From Candidatus Kerfeldbacteria bacterium (GTDB lineage Bacteria > Patescibacteriota > Patescibacteriia > UBA10025 > JAHIVO01): 42,696 nucleotides of DNA. Positions 27,310 to 35,623 of this stretch are shown here, one piece after another. The number at the start of each line of letters is the position of its first letter. Position 1 is the first letter of the stretch. The translations under genes and the position numbers were made by a program. Where the stretch lies: positions 529,818-572,513 of the forward strand of contig CP181398.1 of the NCBI GenBank assembly GCA_047946875.1, written 5' to 3'. The notes beneath the pieces were generated by a model that searched no databases, was not told the DNA's origin, and was given only the letters and a program-made list of their open reading frames with translations.

Positions 27310-27690
27310 TTATTCAACTTTTTTTAGTACTTTATTGACCTTTTCTATAATCTCTAATAGTGGTGTGTCTGCCTTAATAATATAATCTACTGCACCTAAT
27401 TTTTTTGCCTCATTAATATCATTTTCCTGCCCAAGATTTGAGGCAACTATAACTGGAGTATTAATATTATTATTTTTTAATTCTCCTAATAAAGTGAATC
27501 CATCCATTACCGGCATCATTAAATCTAAAATTAATAAATCATATTCCTCTTTTTTAAGTTCATGTAGAGCTTCCTGTCCATTAAATACGGACTTAGCTAT
27601 GAATCCATTATTATTAAATTTATATGTAAGAGCTTTTGCCATCGGTTTTTCATCTTCTGCAATTAGTATCTTATACTTTTTATCTGCCAT
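27310..27690 (-). CDS. stand-alone response-regulator receiver (CheY-like)
   Basis: 126 aa with acidic pocket AEDE, phospho-acceptor context LLILDLMMPVMDG, VIVASN and a conserved Lys (IIKA). No output domain. Confidence 0.85.
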   Translation of the reverse strand: MADKKYKILIAEDEKPMAKALTYKFNNNGFIAKSVFNGQEALHELKKEEYDLLILDLMMPVMDGFTLLGELKNNNINTPVIVASNLGQENDINEAKKLGAVDYIIKADTPLLEIIEKVNKVLKKVE

Positions 27691-27694
27691 ATAG

Positions 27695-28075
27695 TTATTT
27701 ATTTAATTTATTATTTATTACTTTAATAATATCATTCAATTCCCAATCCGTTTTTACTAAATAATCATACACTCCCTGACTCATTGCTTGAGATACCTCT
27801 TCTCCAGTGCTCAAATTGGTTAATATTACAACCGGCACTTTACTTCCCCAAAGATCCTTTCTTAATTTTTTCAATGTAGCTATTCCATCCATAACAGGCA
27901 TAATCAGATCCAACAAAATAAGATCCGGCTTCTTTTCAAAGGCAACTTCAAGACCCTCCTGACCATCAAAGGCAGTAAACACCTCAAAACTCTCTCTTTT
28001 TAACTTGTCTGATATTGCTTTTGATAATGACTTATCATCTTCAATTATTAATATTTTTTTTTCTTTATTGTCCAT
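27695..28075 (-). CDS. stand-alone response-regulator receiver (CheY-like)
   Basis: 126 aa with IEDD, LILLDLIMPVMDG, VVILTN and YLVKT. No output domain. Confidence 0.85.
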   Translation of the reverse strand: MDNKEKKILIIEDDKSLSKAISDKLKRESFEVFTAFDGQEGLEVAFEKKPDLILLDLIMPVMDGIATLKKLRKDLWGSKVPVVILTNLSTGEEVSQAMSQGVYDYLVKTDWELNDIIKVINNKLNK

Positions 28076-28093
28076 TGTTTTATAATTATTTGC

Positions 28094-28468
28094 TTAAATA
28101 GACTGATTGATTTCCATAATAATATCTTCAAGCTTATTATTTGCTTTTGTAAAAAAATTATTTATTCCTAATTTTATATAAGTTCTAACCTTCTCTGGGC
28201 TAGCGGTATTAGATACTACAAATATTGGAATTTTTTTATTTTCTTCATCATTTTTTAACTTAGTAACAAAATCCAAACCATTTTCCTCCCCAAGCAAATA
28301 ATGATCTAACCAAATTACAGATATAGTTTCATTTTTTAATACTTTGAATGCTCCCTCAACATCTCTGGCCGTATAAACTACAAAATCATTATTCTTCATT
28401 TTAATTTTTATTGCATTTTGCAACGGCAGCTCGTCTTCGATAATTAATATACTTTTAATTTTATCCAT
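28094..28468 (-). CDS. divergent stand-alone receiver domain
   Basis: 124 aa with IEDE and VIWLDHYL (Asp retained). The loop after the acceptor Asp (LGEENG) and the K region (FFTKA) are atypical. Confidence 0.7.
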   Translation of the reverse strand: MDKIKSILIIEDELPLQNAIKIKMKNNDFVVYTARDVEGAFKVLKNETISVIWLDHYLLGEENGLDFVTKLKNDEENKKIPIFVVSNTASPEKVRTYIKLGINNFFTKANNKLEDIIMEINQSI

Positions 28469-28490
28469 TTTATTTTAATTATTTAATTTA

Positions 28491-30905
28491 TTATTTTGTA
28501 TTAGATTCTAATCCCTTTGTCCCTTCTGTTGCTTTCATACCACTCAAAGGCAAAGAAATATAAAAAGTAGTTCCCTTATTTTCTTCAGAATCAAACCATA
28601 CTTTACCCCCAGATTGCTCAGCTATTGATTTAACTATATACAGACCCAAGCCGGTACCTTCTGTATCAGTTTTTCTAATGTTATCTGCTCTAAATAACTT
28701 AGTAAAAATTTTGTCTTGTTGATTTTTTGGTATACCATATCCATTATCAGACACGGATACCGTAATATACTTTTTATCTTTTTTTATTACTACCTCCACT
28801 TTACCATTAGCAGGAGTATATTTAACAGCATTACTGATAAAATTTTGAAATATTATTCTAACTAATTTTCTATCTGCTGAAATTATCGGAATATTTTTTG
28901 CATAATCAATATTTATTTTAATTTCTTTTTCTTTAGTCTGCGGTATCATTTCTTTTATAACACTATCACATATTTCGGTAAATTTAACATCTTCAAGTTC
29001 TACTGCCATTGTACCTAAATCAATTCTAGAAACATTTAATAACGCTCCAACAAGATCAACCATTCTTTTATTTCCATCATATATCTCATTCATGTACTCT
29101 TTTTGCTCTTTGTTTAATTTACCAACATCTTCATCTAAAAGCATTTCCGAATACCAATTAATAGTTGACAATGGAGTACGCAATTGATGTGAGGCCAATG
29201 AAACAAACTCAGTCTTAGCCTTATCTATTTGTTGTTCCTTAGTTACGTCCCGCTCAATCCCTACAAAAAACTGAACATTTCTAAGGTCGTCCAAAACTGG
29301 AGAAATACTTCCATAAGCAATATATTTTTCACCATTTTTCCTTATATTATTCACTAACCCAGAAAATGTTTTTTTCTCAATTTTAATTGTTTTCCAAAAT
29401 TTTTCGTAAAAATCTTTTGACATTAATCCTCCCCACAAATCTTTAGCTCCTGCTTTTTTGCCAACCACCTCTGCTCTAGTAAACCCTGTGATCTTCTCAA
29501 CTGCTTTATTGGCATATAATATAATTCCATCTACATCCGTGATAACTATATGATCAGAAGCATAATCTACTGCTAATTGAAACTTCTTTAAATCATCTGC
29601 TAGCTCCTCCGATTTTGTTTTCTCTTCTTCAACATCTTCAAGAATATTCAATACGGCTTTTTGTTGCTGATTTGCAAATTCATTCTTAGTTACTAATTCT
29701 TTTGTTTGTTCCTTAACTTTTGTTTCAATCTCCTGGCGTGAATTCTTAACCTTCATAATCATATCATTAAACGACTTTGAAAGTTTTAACAAATCAGAGC
29801 TACCTTCTTTTAAATCAATGCTTATATCAAAATCTCCTTCACCGACACTAATTGCAGCTTCTTCAATTTTACTTAGTGCCTTTAAGCTCCTATTAACAAT
29901 AATATAAACTAATAATCCAGTAGCAAGGGCTGCAAATAACACCATAATACTTATAACATAAGAAATATTTAAAGCTGAAGCTGTAATATTATCAGCATCT
30001 TGTTCAAAAACTATGAAGTACGAACTATTATTTATTCTGGCTATACTAACAATCTCATTTTCATCATCTAACTCATCATAAAGCTCATATACTTGCGCTT
30101 CAACGATACTATTAAAACTATCTTGCATTGTCTGATATTTAAGTGGTGCAATATTAATTCCATCAAATCTTTTTGAACTAATTATATCAGCCATATCTTG
30201 ATCGCTGATAATACCAAGACTTTTGTAAATAATACTTGGGTCATCAGAATATATAATTATTCCCTCCTTATCAACAAGCATCAAACGACTCCCAATTTTA
30301 TCTAACTTTGATACAACAAACTGATTAACATATTCTGGGTTCATTTTCATCACTGCTACACCAATTATTTCATCAGAATCATTAACTATCGGATACGAAA
30401 AGTAATACCCCAATTTCTTACTTGTCGCTCCTAATACGACATCACTACCAGCATCTCCTTCCATTGCCTGTACAAAATAATCTCGATATCCATAATTATT
30501 TCCGACAAAACTCTCTACGGTAGAAGCTACTGTCAAACCCTTTGAATCCATAATATATATTGCTGAATATATTTCATCAATACTATAATGTTCCAAATGT
30601 TCTAGAATATATTCATCTTGCAATTCCATCTCATCATTGTCTAAATATTCTATAATTGCTTCTTGAGAAGATAATTCTTCTACAATTGCCTCAGCAAAAT
30701 TAAAAATTTGTCCAATTTCATCAGATAGCTCAACAGTAACTATTTCAAAATTTTCTTTTTCAGTTTCTGTAATTGTATTCTTGGTATAGAAAAAAACTGC
30801 AACTGTTGCTAAAATTCCAAATAAAAAAATTAAACTAATCACTGAAATTGTGATTCTAGTTTTTAGTGTTATTCCTTTTTTAATATTTTTTTTATCACTT
30901 TTCAT
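28491..30905 (-). CDS. sensor histidine kinase (TM, Cache-like extracytoplasmic domain, TM, HAMP, coiled coil, PAS, HisKA, HATPase_c)
   Basis: Two TM helices bracket a roughly 270-aa domain. A HAMP-like segment is followed by AVLNILEDVEEEK, a PAS domain (DHIVITDVDGIILYANKAVEKITGF), H-box SHQLRTPLS, N-box NFISNAVKYT and GTGLGL. Confidence 0.85.
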   Translation of the reverse strand: MKSDKKNIKKGITLKTRITISVISLIFLFGILATVAVFFYTKNTITETEKENFEIVTVELSDEIGQIFNFAEAIVEELSSQEAIIEYLDNDEMELQDEYILEHLEHYSIDEIYSAIYIMDSKGLTVASTVESFVGNNYGYRDYFVQAMEGDAGSDVVLGATSKKLGYYFSYPIVNDSDEIIGVAVMKMNPEYVNQFVVSKLDKIGSRLMLVDKEGIIIYSDDPSIIYKSLGIISDQDMADIISSKRFDGINIAPLKYQTMQDSFNSIVEAQVYELYDELDDENEIVSIARINNSSYFIVFEQDADNITASALNISYVISIMVLFAALATGLLVYIIVNRSLKALSKIEEAAISVGEGDFDISIDLKEGSSDLLKLSKSFNDMIMKVKNSRQEIETKVKEQTKELVTKNEFANQQQKAVLNILEDVEEEKTKSEELADDLKKFQLAVDYASDHIVITDVDGIILYANKAVEKITGFTRAEVVGKKAGAKDLWGGLMSKDFYEKFWKTIKIEKKTFSGLVNNIRKNGEKYIAYGSISPVLDDLRNVQFFVGIERDVTKEQQIDKAKTEFVSLASHQLRTPLSTINWYSEMLLDEDVGKLNKEQKEYMNEIYDGNKRMVDLVGALLNVSRIDLGTMAVELEDVKFTEICDSVIKEMIPQTKEKEIKINIDYAKNIPIISADRKLVRIIFQNFISNAVKYTPANGKVEVVIKKDKKYITVSVSDNGYGIPKNQQDKIFTKLFRADNIRKTDTEGTGLGLYIVKSIAEQSGGKVWFDSEENKGTTFYISLPLSGMKATEGTKGLESNTK

Positions 30906-30938
30906 TTTGACTTTTTATATCTCGAAACTCTTTAACAA

Positions 30939-31361
30939 TTAGAATAAACCCCAATAAGCGTAAACTCCAGCCTCTTCAGTTTCAATTCTTAAACCCAAAG
31001 TATCAATAATTGCTGGTAATTCATTTTTTAAACTATCAATTTGTGCCTTTATTTTTTCTTCACCTTTAAACTTATTTAAAAACTCCATTACTACAATTGC
31101 AATATCATTCATCTCAGCAATAAACTTTTCAGTCTTGGTAGTGTCCTGTCCTTTTTCTTTCATGACTTTTAATAAATTCACATAAAAAGTATCGTTCTCT
31201 AATTTCAGATGTTCGGTTAAATTAACAGAGAATTCTTCTAAACATTCATTAATTTTTGAAATTTCTGGGAGTTCGATCTTTAGCTGATCAGCTACACACT
31301 TAAGATTATTTTGTAATTCTCTATGCTGTGCGACTAAAGTGGTAATTAGATTTTTTTTCAT
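30939..31361 (-). CDS. helical protein, possibly hemerythrin-like (HHE) domain
   Basis: 140 aa, all-helical by eye, with spaced H/E pairs (AQHRELQ, LTEHLKLEND) reminiscent of HHE cation-binding repeats. Weak assignment. Confidence 0.4.
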   Translation of the reverse strand: MKKNLITTLVAQHRELQNNLKCVADQLKIELPEISKINECLEEFSVNLTEHLKLENDTFYVNLLKVMKEKGQDTTKTEKFIAEMNDIAIVVMEFLNKFKGEEKIKAQIDSLKNELPAIIDTLGLRIETEEAGVYAYWGLF

Positions 31362-31389
31362 ATGATTTTTATAAATAATTAGTTACTAT

Positions 31390-32646
31390 TTATTTCTTTG
31401 ATTTATTTTTTAATTCAATAATTTCTTTTTTTAATTCTATCATCTTTAACTCGCGACCAATCATTGATTTATTTAGATCTTCTAAATCCTTGGTGCGTTC
31501 TTCTACCTTTTGATTTATGTTGGATCTTGATTTTTTAATGGATGCTGTCATTTTATCAAAAGATCTGGATAGCTGACCAATTTCATCTTTCGAATTTGTA
31601 CCAACCTTATAATTCAAATTTCCTTTTTCAATAGCTTCTGTTCCGTGGTATAAGACTAAAATCGGATTAGTTACAAGCCTGGCGATCAAGTATGTAACAA
31701 TAAAAAATATAAATAAAACAATTAAACTCCTTATAATAGAAAAAAATAATAGCTGTCTCGTCGAATCCAATGCCTCTGACTCATCAATTTCTGCTAATAG
31801 GCACCAATCCATTTGAGAAATATATACATGGGAACCTAAAACATCAACTCCTCTATAATCTTGAAATGTATCTATTATCCTATGTGATATATTTAACTCT
31901 TCTCTTTTATGTTCATCTAAACCGGCTGTAGCAAAACAGCTTCTTGAATTTAGAGTATCAACTTTTTGATTTAAAAAAACATCATCTACTAACCTCGAGG
32001 AAGTTAACATTAAATAATCATTATTTAACAAATAAATTTCTCCTGTTTCACCTAAACCAGTATGACTACTTATAGCATTCGTCAATGTAGCTCCATCAGA
32101 AGCAACAGCCACAACCCCAAGAAATTCTCCATCTAAAATTAAAGGTCCAGATGTATGAAGTAAGACATCTTCAGTCTCACCTTTCTCCAGATTTGAAATA
32201 GTATAATCTTTTTTCCCCTTTAAAAAATAATCTTTATCAGAGATATCATTACCTACAATGTGCTTCAAGGTAGAAATAATAATTTGGCCTCGAGGGTTAG
32301 TTATTTCAATGTGTTTAAACTTTGGATTTTCTGTTTGAACATCTACAAGAATCTCTTCTATTTTTTTTATATATTCCTGATCGTCAGTCTCATAGTAACT
32401 CTTTAAATACCTGCGCATCCAAGTTTTGCTCGTGAGCAATCTTGCTCTTTGTTCATACATTCTCAAAACGGTATCAACATGATCCGCTCTTGATTGCACC
32501 ATTGTTTCCAAGTTTTGACCTACTGATACTTCTAAGTTTTTAACATTAAAATAGTAAGAATAAAAAGATGCTGCTGAAAGTACTATTACAGCAGAAGTAA
32601 TAATTGGTAAAATTATTTTTGTCCTTATTTTGAGATTTTTAAACAT
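31390..32646 (-). CDS. output-less sensor: TM, Cache-like domain, TM, HAMP and a short C-terminal coiled coil
   Basis: Two TM helices. HAMP segment PILVLYHGTEAIEKGNLNYKV..DEIGQLSRSFDKM. It ends 40 aa later with MIGRELKMIELKKEIIELK and has no kinase, MCP or cyclase domain. Confidence 0.65.
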   Translation of the reverse strand: MFKNLKIRTKIILPIITSAVIVLSAASFYSYYFNVKNLEVSVGQNLETMVQSRADHVDTVLRMYEQRARLLTSKTWMRRYLKSYYETDDQEYIKKIEEILVDVQTENPKFKHIEITNPRGQIIISTLKHIVGNDISDKDYFLKGKKDYTISNLEKGETEDVLLHTSGPLILDGEFLGVVAVASDGATLTNAISSHTGLGETGEIYLLNNDYLMLTSSRLVDDVFLNQKVDTLNSRSCFATAGLDEHKREELNISHRIIDTFQDYRGVDVLGSHVYISQMDWCLLAEIDESEALDSTRQLLFFSIIRSLIVLFIFFIVTYLIARLVTNPILVLYHGTEAIEKGNLNYKVGTNSKDEIGQLSRSFDKMTASIKKSRSNINQKVEERTKDLEDLNKSMIGRELKMIELKKEIIELKNKSKK

Positions 32647-32662
32647 AAATAATTTACTACTA

Positions 32663-33163
32663 TTACTTTTTTAATTTAACTATTTCCTTTTTTAGTTCCA
32701 TCATTTTCAATTCACGACCGATCATTAGTTTATTCATCCTCATAAGTTCTTCGTTATGATTAAATTTATTTCCTTCTATTTTTCTTTGTTCTGTTACATT
32801 TGCAATAATTGCAAAATCAAAAATTACTTTACCTTGACTATCACATACAGGGACTGCTGAAATCAAACCTATAAATTCATTTCCTTTTTTATCAGTAAAT
32901 ATTAGGTCATATGGTAGAACTTTTTTACCTAGCATTCTTTGAGCAAACTTTTTTAATACCTTAGCTTTACTCGCTATAGTTAAAAAAGGAATATTTGCCA
33001 TATTTTTACCCTCTACTTCTTCTTTTTTATACCCCAACCAATCTGTAACCCTATCATTAACTCTTATTATATTTCCTTTAGTATCTATTAAAAGCATAGC
33101 TTCAGGAGAAACCTCGAAAATTTTCTTAAATACTTCTTGAGATTCTAATAATTCGTTAGACAT
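32663..33163 (-). CDS. output-less cytoplasmic PAS-domain protein with the same C-terminal coiled coil
   Basis: PAS core (SPEAMLLIDTKGNIIRVNDRVTDWLGYKKEEVEGK), ending with LMIGRELKMMELKKEIVKLKK. Confidence 0.65.
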   Translation of the reverse strand: MSNELLESQEVFKKIFEVSPEAMLLIDTKGNIIRVNDRVTDWLGYKKEEVEGKNMANIPFLTIASKAKVLKKFAQRMLGKKVLPYDLIFTDKKGNEFIGLISAVPVCDSQGKVIFDFAIIANVTEQRKIEGNKFNHNEELMRMNKLMIGRELKMMELKKEIVKLKK

Positions 33164-33176
33164 AAATTTTTACAGA

Positions 33177-33203
33177 TAAAAAAACCAGCTATCTTACTAG
33201 CTA
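33177..33203 (-). terminator. weak terminator-like hairpin located between a promoter and the PAS gene start
   Basis: In minus sense TAGCTA-gtaaga-TAGCTG (6 bp including one G-U) is followed by GTTTTTTTATC. It lies downstream of the 33260-33288 promoter and 14 nt upstream of the ATG at 33163. Confidence 0.4.
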
Positions 33204-33259
33204 ATCAATTAGTAATTAAACTGTTGTGTATTTTTATATATTCCTCCATACTTTATATA

Positions 33260-33288
33260 ATTATACACTATTTTTACACTTTTGTCAA
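33260..33288 (-). promoter_or_regulatory. consensus sigma70 promoter (TTGACA-17-TATAAT) heading the sensor gene string
   Basis: Reverse complement of 33283-33288 is TTGACA and of 33260-33265 is TATAAT, with an exact 17-nt spacer. Confidence 0.75.
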
Positions 33289-33299
33289 ACTAATAAAGC

Positions 33300-34424
33300 T
33301 TAAAAATCGTCCAGCCAGCCAGCAGACTTATTAATCTTTCTAGAAAATAATTTACCCATATTCTTCGCTAATTTAGCATGATGATATTTAAAATACATCC
33401 TACCTTTACTAATCCCAACAATCTCAATCTTTCCTGTGCGATGCGACATAATAAATTTCAGACGCTTACATATAATATGTCCTTTAATATTTTTCTTTGT
33501 TGCTTCAAATATTTGTAATCCTCGATATAATGATACTTGAAAATGATGCTTTACTCTTTTGACTGGACGACATTGAAATAAATAATATGGTAAGATATCA
33601 ATTTTTATCAACTGGTTAAATAGCTCGACCAAAATTTTTGACTTATCATTAACTCCTTTTAACAAAACTGATTGATTATGAACTTCAACATTAGATTTTT
33701 TTAATATATCTACTGCCTGTTTTGAATATTTTGTAATCTCATTAGGATGATTAAAATGTGTGACTACATAAATTTTCCTTCCTTGGATTGAATATTTTTT
33801 TAAGAGTCTTGGTAATTTTTTATCATTAATTATTCTCTGAGGAAATGTCACTGGAGTCCGGGTAGCAAAGCGTATAAAATCAATATGCTTGATTGGTGAT
33901 AACTTTTTTAGAAACTGCTCAATCACTTTAGTGGGTAACATAAATGCATCTCCCCCACTAATCAAAACATTATTTATCTCTTTATGTTTTTTTATATATG
34001 AAACTGCTTTATCAAATCTATCCAATATTTCTGAAGTATCTAAACCTACTAACCTTTTTCTAAAACAATATCGACAATATGCAGCACAACGATTGGTAGA
34101 TAATATCAAAGCAGTTTGCTTATATTTATGTTGTAACCCAGACATCTTAGTATTTTGTGCCTCTCCACTAGTATCATAAGAGCCCTCCGTAAAAATCTCA
34201 TCTTTTGATGGAATAATCATTTTTTTTATTGGATCATTTCTATCATTCTTTTTAATCAAAGACAAATAGTACTTACTAATAAGCATTGGGTGAATATCTA
34301 TAACCTTAGCAATATCCTTTTCCTCACGCTTAGACAAATTTATGTACTTCTTCAACTGATCTATTGTACAAATACTTCCGTGTAATTTATTCTTATTTAA
34401 ATCTAATGTTTCCATATGCACCAA
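33300..34424 (-). CDS. KamA-family radical SAM aminomutase (lysine 2,3-aminomutase/EpmB-like)
   Basis: CAAYCRYCFRKR is the CxxxCxxC cluster in the KamA context. ISGGDAF and the rest of the fold order fit. The track start is TTG at 34424, and an ATG at 34415 is an equally plausible start. Confidence 0.85.
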   Translation of the reverse strand: MVHMETLDLNKNKLHGSICTIDQLKKYINLSKREEKDIAKVIDIHPMLISKYYLSLIKKNDRNDPIKKMIIPSKDEIFTEGSYDTSGEAQNTKMSGLQHKYKQTALILSTNRCAAYCRYCFRKRLVGLDTSEILDRFDKAVSYIKKHKEINNVLISGGDAFMLPTKVIEQFLKKLSPIKHIDFIRFATRTPVTFPQRIINDKKLPRLLKKYSIQGRKIYVVTHFNHPNEITKYSKQAVDILKKSNVEVHNQSVLLKGVNDKSKILVELFNQLIKIDILPYYLFQCRPVKRVKHHFQVSLYRGLQIFEATKKNIKGHIICKRLKFIMSHRTGKIEIVGISKGRMYFKYHHAKLAKNMGKLFSRKINKSAGWLDDF

Positions 34425-34660
34425 AAATTCGGGGGTCTTTAAATCCTTATAATATATTGATTAATTGTGCTATCCAAGAAAAGTATTACATTTTAATATA
34501 GTTTGGTCAAATATAATTTAACAAACAAATTTGAAACTAGCAGTATTAAAATTGTGTCTAACCTGAAGTAGGTACTAAATGAGTACCATTTTTTAAAAAC
34601 CTTTAATCACTTTCCTCACTTGCACGAAACTCTGCCCCCAACTTATATATAATATATACG

Positions 34661-35608
34661 TTATTTTAAATTTGTTCTTACATCTTCCAATTGTCCAGCA
34701 CTACCCAACATTCTATTTTTATGAATTATATAATTTGCATATTCATCCATAAAAATTTCTCCAGGCTTCCTAAGATCAAATTCTTTAGGATTGTCTCTAA
34801 AATATTCCCGATGTACTCTGCACCAAACTAATCTGCCATCAGTATCAATATTAATTTTTGTTACACCAAGTTCAGACGCACGTTTGAACTGTGTTTCGTC
34901 TACTCCTTTTGCTCCTCCTAAATCACCACCAGCCTCATTAATTCTTTTTACCTCCTCTTGAGGCACCGAACTAGAACCATGCATAACCAAAGGAAAATTT
35001 GGCACTAATTTTTGTATTTCTTCTATCACATCAAAATGTAAACCTTGTTTAGTAGTAAATTTATATGCTCCATGACTTGTACCAATTGCGCATGCTAAAC
35101 TATCACATCCTGTCTTTTCGATAAATTCTTTCGCTTGTTTAGGATCTGTTAGCGCTGCATGTCCTTCATCTACTGAAATATCTTCTTCTACTCCACCAAG
35201 TTGTCCAAGTTCCGCTTCTACGACAATTCCTTTTGCATGAGCAGCGTCTACTACCCTTTTGGTTATTGCCATATTCTCTTCAAATTCCTGGTCACTTGCA
35301 TCAATCATAACCGAACTATAAAAACCACTCTCAACACAATCCATACAAGCTTCTTCGTCTCCATGATCAAGGTGTACTGCAAAAATTGCATCTGGAAAAA
35401 TTATATCTGCTGCTCTTATCATTGATTCTAGCATCAATTTATTTGTATATTTTCTTGCTCCTTTTGAAATCTGTAAAATGAATGGAGCTTTGCTATCTAA
35501 ATTTCCTTTGAACAATCCCATTGTCTGTTCGGCATTATTAATATTGTAAGCACCTATAGCATACTTACCATATGCGTGCTTAAATAATTCTTTAGTTGTA
35601 ACAATCAT
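34661..35608 (-). CDS. fba: class II fructose-1,6-bisphosphate aldolase
   Basis: AIGAYNINN, VHLDHG, GTSHGAYKF and MHGSSSVP are the zinc and substrate motifs of class II FBA. Confidence 0.92.
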   Translation of the reverse strand: MIVTTKELFKHAYGKYAIGAYNINNAEQTMGLFKGNLDSKAPFILQISKGARKYTNKLMLESMIRAADIIFPDAIFAVHLDHGDEEACMDCVESGFYSSVMIDASDQEFEENMAITKRVVDAAHAKGIVVEAELGQLGGVEEDISVDEGHAALTDPKQAKEFIEKTGCDSLACAIGTSHGAYKFTTKQGLHFDVIEEIQKLVPNFPLVMHGSSSVPQEEVKRINEAGGDLGGAKGVDETQFKRASELGVTKINIDTDGRLVWCRVHREYFRDNPKEFDLRKPGEIFMDEYANYIIHKNRMLGSAGQLEDVRTNLK

Positions 35609-35623
35609 ATATTATTATTTAAA

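Noticed and set aside
34571-34594. Plus-strand terminator-like hairpin (ggtact-aaatg-agtacc followed by 6 T) in the 236-bp gap between kamA and fba
   Set aside because: I could find no convincing plus-strand promoter upstream within the gap. In the minus orientation, the direction of both flanking genes, it lacks a T-run. It may merely be a stabilising 3' hairpin of the fba transcript, and the evidence is insufficient to call an sRNA.
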